Positions 34,953 to 44,562 of a stretch of DNA of 64,000 bases are shown here, piece by piece. Location: positions 9,799 to 73,798 of the forward strand of contig CAZSLS010000008.1 in the NCBI GenBank assembly GCA_964607575.1, given 5' to 3'. Within the stretch, counting starts at the first letter, position 1, and every line of letters begins with the position of its first letter. The notes beneath the pieces were generated by a model. That model made no database searches and had not been told where the DNA came from. It was given only the letters and a program-made list of their open reading frames with translations. Source of the stretch: an uncultured Planctomycetaceae bacterium. Lineage in GTDB: Bacteria > Planctomycetota > Phycisphaerae > SM23-33. The position numbers were made by a program, and so were the translations under genes.

Positions 34953-37589
34953 ATGATCAAATCGCGATTACGAACGCTTCGGACGGTAATGATAGTTTTT
35001 TCGATTGGCCTGGTTTCGGCCCGAGCGTTTGGGGCTGATGACTACGTGTGGTGGGAAGGTGAGAAGCCCGCCAAGACCAATTTTCCGACTCGGAGCTGGT
35101 TCTCGGCCTCGACGTTCCCAAAGACGCGGGGGCAGCTTTCCGGTGGGGCGTGGTTGTCGAGCAGTTCCAAACGCAGCGGGGCGGAGGTCTTCGCGACGTA
35201 CAGCATTACCGTACCGGCCGCCGGCTCCTACACGCTGCATACGCGGAAGTTCTACAAGCACGGACCGTTTCGCTGGCGGTTCGATACGCAGAAATGGGCG
35301 ACGTGCGGGCGCGATATTGCCCTGATAGATTCCGTATCACTGAAGAAGCATACCTGCGCCAACTGGGTTCATCTGGGAAAAGTCAAGCTGTCCAAGGGCA
35401 CCCACACGTTCGAACTCCGCCTGCTTGCCGCCGATGGTCAGAGCGCGACGGCCGCCTTCGATTGCTTCGTCCTGACCGCCGGTCCGTTTGCGCCGAATGG
35501 CAAACGCAAACCCGGTGCCAAGAGCGGGCAGGCCGACGAAGGTTTCTTCGCGTGGGAACCGTCGCTCGACGGTTTCAGCGACGATGCGTTGCTCGACCTT
35601 CGCGGGCTTAACGAGAAAGTCGCCGGGCAGAGCGGTTTTGTCAGGCGAAGGGGCAAGGACCTGACGCTGGGCGGAGGAAAGCCCGTGCGATTCTGGGCGG
35701 TGAACGTGTCGTCCAACAACGCGGCCCAACCGCACGAATCGGTAGATTACCTCGCGCGGAAACTCGCGAAACTCGGTGTGAATATGGTTCGCTTCCACAG
35801 CCCCATGTTCGACCGTGGGGGCGACGTGAGCAAAGTCGATCCCAAGAAGCTCGACAACCTGCACTACCTGGTGGCCGCGATGAAGAAGCAGGGGATCTAC
35901 ACGAAGATCAGCTTCTATTTCCCGCTCTGGTTCGACATCAAGAAGGGCTACGGGATACCGGGCTACGATACTATCGCCAACAAGAAACCGTTCGCACTGC
36001 TCTACTTCGACAAGCGGATGCAGGGGATTCACCGCTCGTGGGCCCGCGGGCTGCTGACGACGAAGAACCCGTACACCGGCGTTCCGCTGGCGAGCGAACC
36101 GGCGGTCGCGATCGTCGAGATAATCAACGAAGACAATTACTTCTTCTGGACGTTCGGAAAGAAGAACATCCCGCCGGTCCATTGGCGGCGGTTGGAGGTC
36201 CTCTACAACAAGTGGCGGGTCGCGAAAGGTATCGCGGGCAAGGGCGTTCTGACTGAGGCGTGGGGAATGACCGGCGGGGGGCTCAAACAGCAAAACGCCC
36301 GGCGGCGGAAAGAGACCGCCCAGCAGGTCCGTTTTCTTACGATGCACCAGCGGAAGTTCTACCAGGATACCGTGGCGTACTTGAAAAAGGACTTGGGCTA
36401 TCGCGGGCTGGTCTCGTGCAGTAACTGGAAGACCGCCGACGCGAACATCCTCGATGCGCTGGAGCGATATACCTATACAGCCGGCGACGTGATAGATCGC
36501 CACGGGTATTTCGGACCGCAACACAAGGGCGACGGCGCCAGCTATAGCGTGCGGGTGGGGCATACGTACAGGGACCGAGCGGCCGTACTCGAACCGCAGT
36601 CGCTGCCGATCCAGGTGAACCAGGTGGCGGGCTATCCGCACATCATCTCCGAACTCGGCTGGCCGAACCCCAATCGCTTCCGGGCCGACTGCACGTTTCT
36701 GACCGCCGCATACGGTGCGATGCAGGGCGTTGACGGTGTGTTCATCTTCGCTGTTGGAAGCAATTATCTCACCGACCAGTCCATGAGCAAATTCGCCGCC
36801 AGTTGCCCCGTGATCGCCGGCACGTTCCCGGCTGCGGCGTTGGCTTACCGGCGCGGCGACGCAATCGAGCCCGCACCGGCGGTTCGGCGCGTCCTGCGGT
36901 TGGAGGACCTCTTTGCGCTGAAAGGTTCCGCCGCTTCGGCCCAGGCATTCGACAAGCTCCGCCTGAAGGACGTGCCCGCCGCCACGGGCAAACGCGGTAG
37001 CAGCGGTCTGGATCCTTTGAGTTTCTACGTTGGTCCGGTCGAGCGGGTTATCGGCGCCGGCGGCGTGCGCCGCGGCGGTGTCGATCTGTCGAAGTATATC
37101 AACCACGCGAAAAAGAAGGTCACCAGTATCGGGCGCCAGCTCGCCTGGGATTACGGACGAGGCCTGGTCACGATCAACACGCCTCGCTGCCAGGGCGCTG
37201 CGGGCTTTCTGAGCAAGGGCGGACCGATTGTCCTATCTAACGTCACCATTGCATCCGAAAATGAGTACGGCGCGATAATCGTGATTTCGCTGGACGGTAA
37301 GACGCTGGCGTCATCGCGGAATATCCTGATCCAGGCGATGACCGAAGAGCGGCCTTACGGTTTCCGCGCCGCCGGAGGGCGGATAACGAATCTGGGTTCG
37401 GCTCCGTTTGGTGTCAGGAATATCAACGCGGTGGTAACGTTCAAGGGCACGCGGGCGGCGCGGGTGCGGGCAACCGCCCTGGACGAAAACGGATACCCGC
37501 GCAAACAGGAACTCCCTGTGGAAGTCAAAGGTAATGTGGCGACGGTAAAACTCTCCGCCCGGGGCGTGTATCACGTGATTACGAGATGA
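34953..37589 (+). CDS. Secreted clan GH-A (GH5-like) glycoside hydrolase with an N-terminal beta-sandwich module
   Basis: Signal MIKSRLRTLRTVMIVFSIGLVSARAFG. TIM-barrel blocks RFWAVNVS, LGVNMVRFHS, AVAIVEIINEDNYFFW (acid/base NE) and HIISELGWPN (nucleophile E). Confidence 0.6.
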   Translation: MIKSRLRTLRTVMIVFSIGLVSARAFGADDYVWWEGEKPAKTNFPTRSWFSASTFPKTRGQLSGGAWLSSSSKRSGAEVFATYSITVPAAGSYTLHTRKFYKHGPFRWRFDTQKWATCGRDIALIDSVSLKKHTCANWVHLGKVKLSKGTHTFELRLLAADGQSATAAFDCFVLTAGPFAPNGKRKPGAKSGQADEGFFAWEPSLDGFSDDALLDLRGLNEKVAGQSGFVRRRGKDLTLGGGKPVRFWAVNVSSNNAAQPHESVDYLARKLAKLGVNMVRFHSPMFDRGGDVSKVDPKKLDNLHYLVAAMKKQGIYTKISFYFPLWFDIKKGYGIPGYDTIANKKPFALLYFDKRMQGIHRSWARGLLTTKNPYTGVPLASEPAVAIVEIINEDNYFFWTFGKKNIPPVHWRRLEVLYNKWRVAKGIAGKGVLTEAWGMTGGGLKQQNARRRKETAQQVRFLTMHQRKFYQDTVAYLKKDLGYRGLVSCSNWKTADANILDALERYTYTAGDVIDRHGYFGPQHKGDGASYSVRVGHTYRDRAAVLEPQSLPIQVNQVAGYPHIISELGWPNPNRFRADCTFLTAAYGAMQGVDGVFIFAVGSNYLTDQSMSKFAASCPVIAGTFPAAALAYRRGDAIEPAPAVRRVLRLEDLFALKGSAASAQAFDKLRLKDVPAATGKRGSSGLDPLSFYVGPVERVIGAGGVRRGGVDLSKYINHAKKKVTSIGRQLAWDYGRGLVTINTPRCQGAAGFLSKGGPIVLSNVTIASENEYGAIIVISLDGKTLASSRNILIQAMTEERPYGFRAAGGRITNLGSAPFGVRNINAVVTFKGTRAARVRATALDENGYPRKQELPVEVKGNVATVKLSARGVYHVITR

Positions 37590-39441
37590 CGGCGTTCGTT
37601 ACGCCAAACGGTATGGTGAAGTGGAAACTGCTACCGTGTCCGGGTTGGCTTTCGGCCCATATCCTTCCCCCCATCAGTTCGGTCAGTTGGGTCGAGATCG
37701 CCAGTCCGAGGCCCGTACCGCCGTATCTTCTGGTCGTCGAGGTGTCGGCCTGCTCGAAGGCGCCAAAAATCCTGTCGAGCTTTTCGCGTGGAATTCCGAT
37801 GCCCGTATCGCGGACCTCGAAGTGCAGAGTTACCTCGGTGTCGGTGCGGGATTGGGTTTCCACGTTCACGTAGACATGTCCCTCTTTCGTAAACTTGAGG
37901 GCGTTGTTGATCAGGTTGATCAGGATCTGGCGGAGTCTGCCCGGATCGCCATGCAGCGAATCACAGACATTCGGTCTGATATCCAACCGCAACTCTAGTC
38001 CTTTCTCTTCGGCATGCATCGCCATGGAACGGATGATCCCGGTGACGCTTTGGTGGAGCCCAAAGTCAACGGGATCGAGTTCGAGCATACCGGCTTCGAC
38101 CTTCGAGAAGTCCAGTATGTCGTTGATGATCGCCATGAGCGAATCGGCGGACTTACTGGCCATGGACAGATAATCACGCTGCTGGCGGGTCAACTTCGTC
38201 TCGAGCGTCAGTTCGAGCATCCCCAGCACGCCGTTCATCGGTGTTCGGATCTCGTGAGACATGTTGGCCATGAACTCGCTCTTGGCGACGTTGGCGGCCT
38301 CGGCGGCGTCCTTGGCGGTGTGAAGTTTGCTTTGGGCGAGCTGTCGCTCCCTGATCTCATCGCGAAGTTTCTCGTTCGTGTCCTTCATCGCATCTGAGGA
38401 CTCTTCCAAAGCCGCGAGCATGCGGTTGAACTCCGAAGCCAGCAGCCCGATCTCGTCGGTTCTCCGCAGGGCGACGCGTTGGGACAGGTCGCGAGACTTA
38501 CCGATATCCGCGACGCTTCGCACCAGTCTCATGATCGGACCGACAAAAGCCACACGCAACGCCAGCAGCATCACGATCAGCACACCCAGAGCGATGGCCA
38601 GGGCAATGATCCGCGCGCTGCCGATTACTTTATCGCCGGTGGCGGTAACGTTACGCGGGACATCCGCCCGGAGGAGCAGCAGCGGGCGGCTCCGGATGTC
38701 TGCCAGTACTGAGTAACACCGCAGGCGCCGATCGGAAGATTCCCGGATTACTCCCGGGTCGCCGGGTTCGATCGCGGTGGACAGATTCCGCTCATCAGGC
38801 TCGATCGATCCGCTGCCGATGAGTTTCAGATGCATGTCGACCAGGGCTTGGTTTCGCAGCTTCCCGATGCGATCCTCGTCCAGAAAACGCCCCATGAGAA
38901 TCGTTCCCATCGGCGGACCGGTCAACCGGCTGGTCAGGATGGGGCGAGAGGCGATCAACATGGGACCGCAACCGGTCAGGATGATCCCGCTAGTCGCACC
39001 GTCCATGGACCCCCGGGCCAGCAGGTAGTGGTCTACGGGCATCGTCGCGGGGAATTCAGGCAGCGCTACGGTCTCCTCTTCTTCCAGATCGTAAACATTG
39101 CCCGCCAGCAGTTGTCCGGAAGTATCGTAGATCAGCAGGAGATTCAAATCTGCCGTGAGATATGTTGCCTCATTTATATTTGCCTTGATATAGGCGGCGT
39201 TTCGGTCCTGGGCGAATTTGTACGAGTCATCCCAGGACGCCCAGTCACGGCAGAGCAGGTCCAGGGCGTCGACTTCCCTCTGGATAGCCGCCCGGCAGCG
39301 ATGGAGGTCTCTCAGGGCATCCTGCTGTTCCAGCGATTCAAAACCAGGGCGGATTATGAGATGATCCAGGACGATTCCCGCACCGGCGTAACTCAGGACA
39401 CCGGCCAACACCGTTATCGCAATCTTCGTCCTCAAACCCAT
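37579..39441 (-). CDS. Sensor histidine kinase with a periplasmic CHASE4-like domain, HAMP, HisKA and HATPase
   Basis: ATG at 39441. TM, extracytoplasmic domain, TM. H-box MSHEIRTPMNGVLGM. N/G boxes LINNALKFT, DTGIGIP, GGTGLGLAI. No receiver domain. Confidence 0.85.
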   Translation of the reverse strand: MGLRTKIAITVLAGVLSYAGAGIVLDHLIIRPGFESLEQQDALRDLHRCRAAIQREVDALDLLCRDWASWDDSYKFAQDRNAAYIKANINEATYLTADLNLLLIYDTSGQLLAGNVYDLEEEETVALPEFPATMPVDHYLLARGSMDGATSGIILTGCGPMLIASRPILTSRLTGPPMGTILMGRFLDEDRIGKLRNQALVDMHLKLIGSGSIEPDERNLSTAIEPGDPGVIRESSDRRLRCYSVLADIRSRPLLLLRADVPRNVTATGDKVIGSARIIALAIALGVLIVMLLALRVAFVGPIMRLVRSVADIGKSRDLSQRVALRRTDEIGLLASEFNRMLAALEESSDAMKDTNEKLRDEIRERQLAQSKLHTAKDAAEAANVAKSEFMANMSHEIRTPMNGVLGMLELTLETKLTRQQRDYLSMASKSADSLMAIINDILDFSKVEAGMLELDPVDFGLHQSVTGIIRSMAMHAEEKGLELRLDIRPNVCDSLHGDPGRLRQILINLINNALKFTKEGHVYVNVETQSRTDTEVTLHFEVRDTGIGIPREKLDRIFGAFEQADTSTTRRYGGTGLGLAISTQLTELMGGRIWAESQPGHGSSFHFTIPFGVTNAVIS

Positions 39442-39645
39442 TTCAATCCACGCCTCAGTGCCCAAAGTTCTCAAAGAGCCGGTCAAAACATCCCAGACTC
39501 AACTCCTTAATAATCGGAATATCCTGCAACTATCTTTAGTGTACTGGTATTTCTCTTCACAATTATTCCGAGCTACGACAGCACGCAAGGCGAGTCTGAA
39601 AAGTGACTTACCGTCGGATTTGAACGGTGGGGCTCAGTTGGTATA

Positions 39646-39687
39646 GAAAAAGCCGGTATTCCGAACTGTTTCTGTTCGGTTACCGGC
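39646..39687 (-). terminator. Intrinsic terminator downstream of tRNA-Glu
   Basis: Hairpin gccggta..ccgaac-loop-gttcgg..taccggc (39652-39687), followed on the minus strand by TTTTT (A-run at 39647-39651). Confidence 0.6.
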
Positions 39688-39702
39688 CTCTTCTTATTGA
39701 AA

Positions 39703-39775
39703 TACCCCTACGGGGAGTCGAACCCCGGTCTCCAGGATGAGAACCTGATATCCTAGGCCGCTAGACGATAGGGGC
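39703..39775 (-). tRNA. tRNA-Glu (anticodon CUC)
   Basis: The reverse complement GCCCCTATCGTCTAGCGGCCTAGGATATCAGGTTCTCATCCTGGAGACCGGGGTTCGACTCCCCGTAGGGGTA folds as a cloverleaf. The anticodon loop is TTCTCAT and the T-arm is CGGGG-TTCGACT-CCCCG. CCA is not encoded. Confidence 0.9.
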
Positions 39776-39980
39776 ATTTGTATGCTATATCGTTGCGACT
39801 CAGCGACTTACTGCTCATCGGCCTGGATCCCGCAAAAGTGCGAGACACCCTGGATGAACATTATAATATCATCCCGAGGTGGGTGCGTCAAGGGCATTTC
39901 GCGTCTGGAAACGCGATGCATCCGGGGAGGGGTAATAGGTTCGTGGGAGCGTTTTTTAACGCAAAAACTCGATAATATGC

Positions 39981-40009
39981 TTGACTGAGAAGGTATTTGC
40001 CGATAACAT
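39981..40009 (+). promoter_or_regulatory. Sigma70-like promoter candidate, TTGACT-17 nt-TAACAT
   Basis: TTGACT at 39981-39986 and TAACAT at 40004-40009, upstream of the PEP-CTERM gene. Confidence 0.3.
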
Positions 40010-40157
40010 AATGTAAAGGAAAAGGATGGGCGGAGTAGTTCGTGTTCAAGTACTCTGCTCTGTATGCTCGAAGGTAGCTCAGACAACATGCGGTGCTCAC
40101 GGAGGAAGTCATTTCCCTTGGAAGAGCGTCGCCAGGAAGGAACGGAAGGTGATACCT

Positions 40158-40850
40158 GTGAAATGCTCAGGGAAATTGCTCGCGATGGTAATGGGGATAT
40201 TTCTGTCGGGCTCCGTGGGATTTGGTGCAACACTGAGTGTAGACGGCACGGTCACCGCGGGAGACTACGATATCGCAGTCACTGACGTGGACATCGGTGG
40301 CGAACAATTTGCGCTAAGCGCTTCGGACATCGACACTCTGCATTGGGGCCTCGTTCCGGATGTGACGTATCATCCTGTCACTAATCCGCTCGCCGCCTGG
40401 TACACTATCGGAATGACTGTCAAGGGTCCTGTCGGGAGCCCGCAGATCAATACCACCGGTGATGGGACGGGCTCATTTGCTCCTACCAAGGTGCATCTCA
40501 GCCTCAGCCAGGGCGGAACCGAAAGGAACTCGCTCGACGCGTTTATGTTCTTTGGGGGTTTCCTCGTCCCGCCTCTCATGTGGGACACCAGCGCCGCGAC
40601 CCCGGCGGCGATCACCCTGGATGCCACTAACCTCAAGTACGCGGTAGGCACCGGGCTGGAAATTGCCATCAGGGCCGACAAGTTCAACCTCGACCCCGCC
40701 CAACCGTTCAGCTTCGATCTTCACTTCGAGGGTGGTGGCGAAAACGAGGACGACCGCATACAGGACCGCATACCCGAACCGGCGACGATGTCGATGCTGC
40801 TTGTCGGCGGACTGATTCCGCTTGTCCGCCGCCGCCGGCGTAAGAAGTAG
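40158..40850 (+). CDS. PEP-CTERM sorting-domain protein
   Basis: Probable GTG start at 40158 (GGAAGG 10 nt upstream), giving the signal VKCSGKLLAMVMGIFLSGSVGFG. The C-terminus is IPEPATMSMLLVGGLIPLVRRRRRKK. The ORF-track start at 40026 is less likely. Confidence 0.75.
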   Translation: MKCSGKLLAMVMGIFLSGSVGFGATLSVDGTVTAGDYDIAVTDVDIGGEQFALSASDIDTLHWGLVPDVTYHPVTNPLAAWYTIGMTVKGPVGSPQINTTGDGTGSFAPTKVHLSLSQGGTERNSLDAFMFFGGFLVPPLMWDTSAATPAAITLDATNLKYAVGTGLEIAIRADKFNLDPAQPFSFDLHFEGGGENEDDRIQDRIPEPATMSMLLVGGLIPLVRRRRRKK

Positions 40851-40881
40851 TCTTCGGAAGTACTATACCGAACTGACAAGA

Positions 40882-40907
40882 CCCGGCGAGTTATCGCCGG
40901 GTTTTTT
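40882..40907 (+). terminator. Intrinsic terminator
   Basis: cccggcga-gtta-tcgccggg, followed by TTTTTT (40902-40907), 32 nt after the PEP-CTERM stop. Confidence 0.65.
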
Positions 40908-41587
40908 CATGGCTGGATATTCGGCGTGTGGGTGACCGGCGTGTTGGCCTGGCAGATCACGTCAACCGCCTCGTGCAGCGAGTCGGTTATGACGAACTGG
41001 TCCATGTCTTCGGGAGATATCTTCTGGTAGCTCTTGTGGAGCATTATCTTGTCGATCCATTCTTCCAGACCGCTCCAGAAACTCCTCCCGATCAGGACAA
41101 CGGGGAAGCGGTGGGCCTTGCCCGTCTGGATAAGCGTCATGGAATTGAAGAACTCGTGCAGCGTTCCGAACCCGCCGGGGAAGCAGACGAAGGCACAGGA
41201 GTACTTCACGAACATTACCAGCCTGACGAAGAAATAGCGGAAGTCGAGGGTTATGTCCTGGTAGCGATTGGGGAACTGTTCGATGGGCAGTGTGATGTTC
41301 AGGCCCACCGAGGTCCCTCCCGCTTCGATCGCGCCCTGGTTTGCCGCCGCCATGATCCCCGGACCGCCGCCGGTGATGACGGTGTATTTCTTCTTGGCGA
41401 GCATACCCGCGAGTTTGCGGGCCTTGCGGTAGTAGGGATCGTCTTCGGGCGTGCGCGCCGAACCGAAAATGCTCACCCCCGATTCGACGCGGCTCATCGT
41501 GTCGAATCCGTCGACAAATTCACTCAAAATGCGAAAAACCCGCCAGGGATCTTCGCCTATAAATTGAGGTTCCAGTATTGTGGCCAT
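40907..41587 (-). CDS. LOG-family (TIGR00730-type) nucleotide phosphoribohydrolase
   Basis: VSIFGSART, TGGGPGIMAAANQGA and the PGGFGTLHEF (PGGxGTxxE) signature. Confidence 0.85.
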   Translation of the reverse strand: MATILEPQFIGEDPWRVFRILSEFVDGFDTMSRVESGVSIFGSARTPEDDPYYRKARKLAGMLAKKKYTVITGGGPGIMAAANQGAIEAGGTSVGLNITLPIEQFPNRYQDITLDFRYFFVRLVMFVKYSCAFVCFPGGFGTLHEFFNSMTLIQTGKAHRFPVVLIGRSFWSGLEEWIDKIMLHKSYQKISPEDMDQFVITDSLHEAVDVICQANTPVTHTPNIQP

Positions 41588-41761
41588 GGTTGCTCCGTAG
41601 TCGCGTTGTGGCGTGTTAACTGACAGTTACAGATACTTATCGGCAATTCGCTGTCCCGGAGTTGACACCCAACGGGCCGGTGGGTTGAGTTTTTCAAAAT
41701 CGTCGGCGGAATTGACAAACTGCCTGAATTATTGCCTAATGCCGGTTTCAGGAGATTTAAT

Positions 41762-42652
41762 ATGCGATCTAAGCTATTTGGACTGTCGTTGCTGTTGGTC
41801 TTGGCGGGCGGTTGCGGGGGTGAGTATATACTGACCGTCCCCGACCAACTCTCAGCCGTCGGCGACGACGTTACGGTTGTCGCACGCCTCCAGCGAAACG
41901 ACTTCTTCGTCGTGAACCTGGCGGCGGTCAGAGCCTACCTGCGCTACCAGATAGGCGAGGGGGTCGAGAGATCCGCGTCGACTGACAAGCTGGGATATTC
42001 CGCCGTTCGTCTCGTGATGCCCGAAAAGCCCGGTCGATACGATCTGGCGATTCGATACCAGGACGATGACGGTGATGAGACCGCCAAGACCGTGGGGGCT
42101 TACGCCTGGGACCCCGCCAAGCCCGTGATAGCGGTGGACATGGACCCGCTTCCGCGCCGCCGGGCCAAACTGACCCAGGGGCGCAAGGGCTGGTGGACCG
42201 GGCTGGCGAAATACACCGTCGATCTCATTCCACGCGCCACGCCGGGCGATGCGCCGTCGGCGAGGGCGGCGTTGGCGAAGCTGGCGGGAAAGGCCAATAT
42301 TCTGTACCTCACGCGCCGCGAGGTGGTCAACCATCTGCAATGTCGCAGCGAACTGTCCGCGCACGGATATCCCGACGGACCGGTGCTCACGTGGCGCAGG
42401 CAGCGGTGGCACCTCGTGCCCGGGCGATTCAAGATACCTAAAGTGGTCGTCGAGGCTCGCCTGGTCAGCCAACTCGGTGAATTGCGAAAGACCTTCAGTA
42501 ACATGTGGGTCGGGATTTCCGAGTCGTCTCTGGCGGGCAAGGCGTTCGTCGAGGCGGGGATGACGGCTGTTGTTGTCGGCGATGCGCGTCTCGACGGTGA
42601 TAAGGTGATGCGCGTCGGGACGTGGAAAGAACTTGCCGAGAAGGGACTCTAG
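41762..42652 (+). CDS. Lipoprotein, function unknown
   Basis: ATG at 41762. MRSKLFGLSLLLVLAGGCGG has a lipobox. No family recognised. Confidence 0.6.
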   Translation: MRSKLFGLSLLLVLAGGCGGEYILTVPDQLSAVGDDVTVVARLQRNDFFVVNLAAVRAYLRYQIGEGVERSASTDKLGYSAVRLVMPEKPGRYDLAIRYQDDDGDETAKTVGAYAWDPAKPVIAVDMDPLPRRRAKLTQGRKGWWTGLAKYTVDLIPRATPGDAPSARAALAKLAGKANILYLTRREVVNHLQCRSELSAHGYPDGPVLTWRRQRWHLVPGRFKIPKVVVEARLVSQLGELRKTFSNMWVGISESSLAGKAFVEAGMTAVVVGDARLDGDKVMRVGTWKELAEKGL

Positions 42653-42658
42653 GCGGCG

Positions 42659-43756
42659 ATGTCCGATTCTTGCCCCCGCAGCATTGTTGTGTTTCTGCCC
42701 AACTGGGTTGGCGATGTGGTAATGGCCACCCCCACCCTTCGTGCGCTGCGCAACTGCTTCGCCGATTCTCATATTACCTACTTCGGGCGGTCCGTCGCGT
42801 TGGATACTCTCGGCGGTACCGATTGGGCGGACGACGTTATCGAGGCTGCCGTGAAAATCCGATCGCGAACACTGGGCCAACTGCAGCTCGTCGGAGCCCT
42901 GCGCGCCGGGAGGTTTGACCTGGCGGTGCTGCTGACAAACAGTTTTCGCACCGCCTTCCTTGCGAAACTCGCCGGGATAGGACGAATCGCGGGATACGAT
43001 CGCGATGCGCGCCGATTTCTTCTGACCGACAGAATCTCACCGCCAAGGGACGATTCGGGCAAACTCGTACCCATTTCCGCCGTCGACTACTACGCCGAAC
43101 TTGCCGGATTGATCGGCGTTGAAGTGTCCGATCGCGAAATGTATTTGCCCCTGACCGATACCCACGAACAGATAGCAGAGGAGCTCTTCGAACAAGCCGG
43201 AATCGATCAGGACCGACCGGTTGTAATGTTGAACCCCGGCGCCTCGGGCGGGACCAGTAAGATATGGGGACCCGATCAATTCGCCCGGACCGCGGACATG
43301 CTCATCGAATCCCGCGGCGCGCAGATCGTAATCAACGCCGCACCCCCCGAGAAGCCTGTCGCCGCGGATGTGGCCCGGCGAATGGAGGGGACGCCGGCCA
43401 TCAATTTCGCCGACCGCGACAATACCCTCGGGCTGCTCAAGAGCATGTTGAAGCGCACCGACGTGCTGGTGACTAACGATACCGGCGCCAGGCACATCGC
43501 CGTTGCGGTGGGCTCGGCGGTGGTCACCGTCTTTGGCAGCACCGATCCGCTCTGGGCGAGAATCAACTGCCCGCGGGAGCGGATCGTCAGTGTCGAGGTA
43601 GACTGCGGACCGTGCGGACGGAAGCTATGCAACCAGATCCCCGGACCGATATACCACCACTGCATGGGCAAAGTAACCCCCGAAATGGTCGTCGAAGCCA
43701 CCGGGCAACTCCTGGACGAATTGCTCGCCAAATCGGAAGGGGGGCCAGGGCGATGA
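42659..43756 (+). CDS. GT9 glycosyltransferase, ADP-heptose:LPS heptosyltransferase (WaaF/RfaF-like)
   Basis: IVVFLPNWVGDVVMATPTLRALRN, VMLNPGASGGTSKIWG and LVTNDTGARHIAVAVG are typical GT9 blocks. Confidence 0.8.
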   Translation: MSDSCPRSIVVFLPNWVGDVVMATPTLRALRNCFADSHITYFGRSVALDTLGGTDWADDVIEAAVKIRSRTLGQLQLVGALRAGRFDLAVLLTNSFRTAFLAKLAGIGRIAGYDRDARRFLLTDRISPPRDDSGKLVPISAVDYYAELAGLIGVEVSDREMYLPLTDTHEQIAEELFEQAGIDQDRPVVMLNPGASGGTSKIWGPDQFARTADMLIESRGAQIVINAAPPEKPVAADVARRMEGTPAINFADRDNTLGLLKSMLKRTDVLVTNDTGARHIAVAVGSAVVTVFGSTDPLWARINCPRERIVSVEVDCGPCGRKLCNQIPGPIYHHCMGKVTPEMVVEATGQLLDELLAKSEGGPGR

Positions 43757-44562
43757 GCGGCGGGATTTGCGAAAACAGCGAGTTGACCGAACTGCTGATC
43801 GGCGCACGCCTCGACACCGTCGACGGCGCCTTTGCCTACGGAGGCGGGGAGGATCTGGTAAAACCGGGCCTCGGGACGCGGCGGAGAACGCGAATCGAAT
43901 TGGACGACCGCGTGCTTTACCTCAAGCGATACGGTCCCGAGCGGTTTGGCGATCGTTGGCGGCGCTTCATGACTTACGGGCGGAGCAGTCCGGCGAGTGT
44001 GGAGTTCGAGAACATCCGCGCCGCTCAGCGGTGCGGTGTCGCGACGATGGACGCGGTTGCCTTCGGGCACGAGATGGGTTTCGGGGGTCTTTTCGCCCGG
44101 CGAAGTTATCTCGTGGTCACCGCCGTTGAGGGAGATGCGATCGAGCGATGCGGGAGTGAATTCCTCGCCGCTGGTTCTGACGGCGACGGGGCGCGGCGGT
44201 TGACTGATAAACTCGCCAGGCTGGTCGGAACACTTCACGGCGCGGGCTTCGTACACCGTGACCTGTACGCCTCGCACGTATTCCTGCACGATTCGCCCGA
44301 CGGCGTGTCGCTATACCTGATAGACCTCGCCCGCATGTTCGCACCTCGATGGCGGGCCTTCCGATGGCGCGTCAAGGACCTGGCCCAACTCAAATATTCG
44401 ATGCCCGCGGTCTGGGTTCAAGACCACTGGGACGAATTCCTCGGGGCTTACCTGGACATCTGCGGCGGTAACGCCGAGAGATACTCCCGTGCGGTCGACC
44501 GCAAAGCAGCTTCGATCCGTCGCCGGGCCGAACGCAAAGCAGAGGGGGCCCCCGAGCGATGA
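43753..44562 (+). CDS. Lipopolysaccharide kinase (Kdo/WaaP/InaA family)
   Basis: The ATG at 43753 overlaps the previous stop (ATGA). LHGAGFVHRDLYASHVFL and LYLIDLAR are catalytic-loop-like motifs. Confidence 0.7.
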   Translation: MSGGICENSELTELLIGARLDTVDGAFAYGGGEDLVKPGLGTRRRTRIELDDRVLYLKRYGPERFGDRWRRFMTYGRSSPASVEFENIRAAQRCGVATMDAVAFGHEMGFGGLFARRSYLVVTAVEGDAIERCGSEFLAAGSDGDGARRLTDKLARLVGTLHGAGFVHRDLYASHVFLHDSPDGVSLYLIDLARMFAPRWRAFRWRVKDLAQLKYSMPAVWVQDHWDEFLGAYLDICGGNAERYSRAVDRKAASIRRRAERKAEGAPER

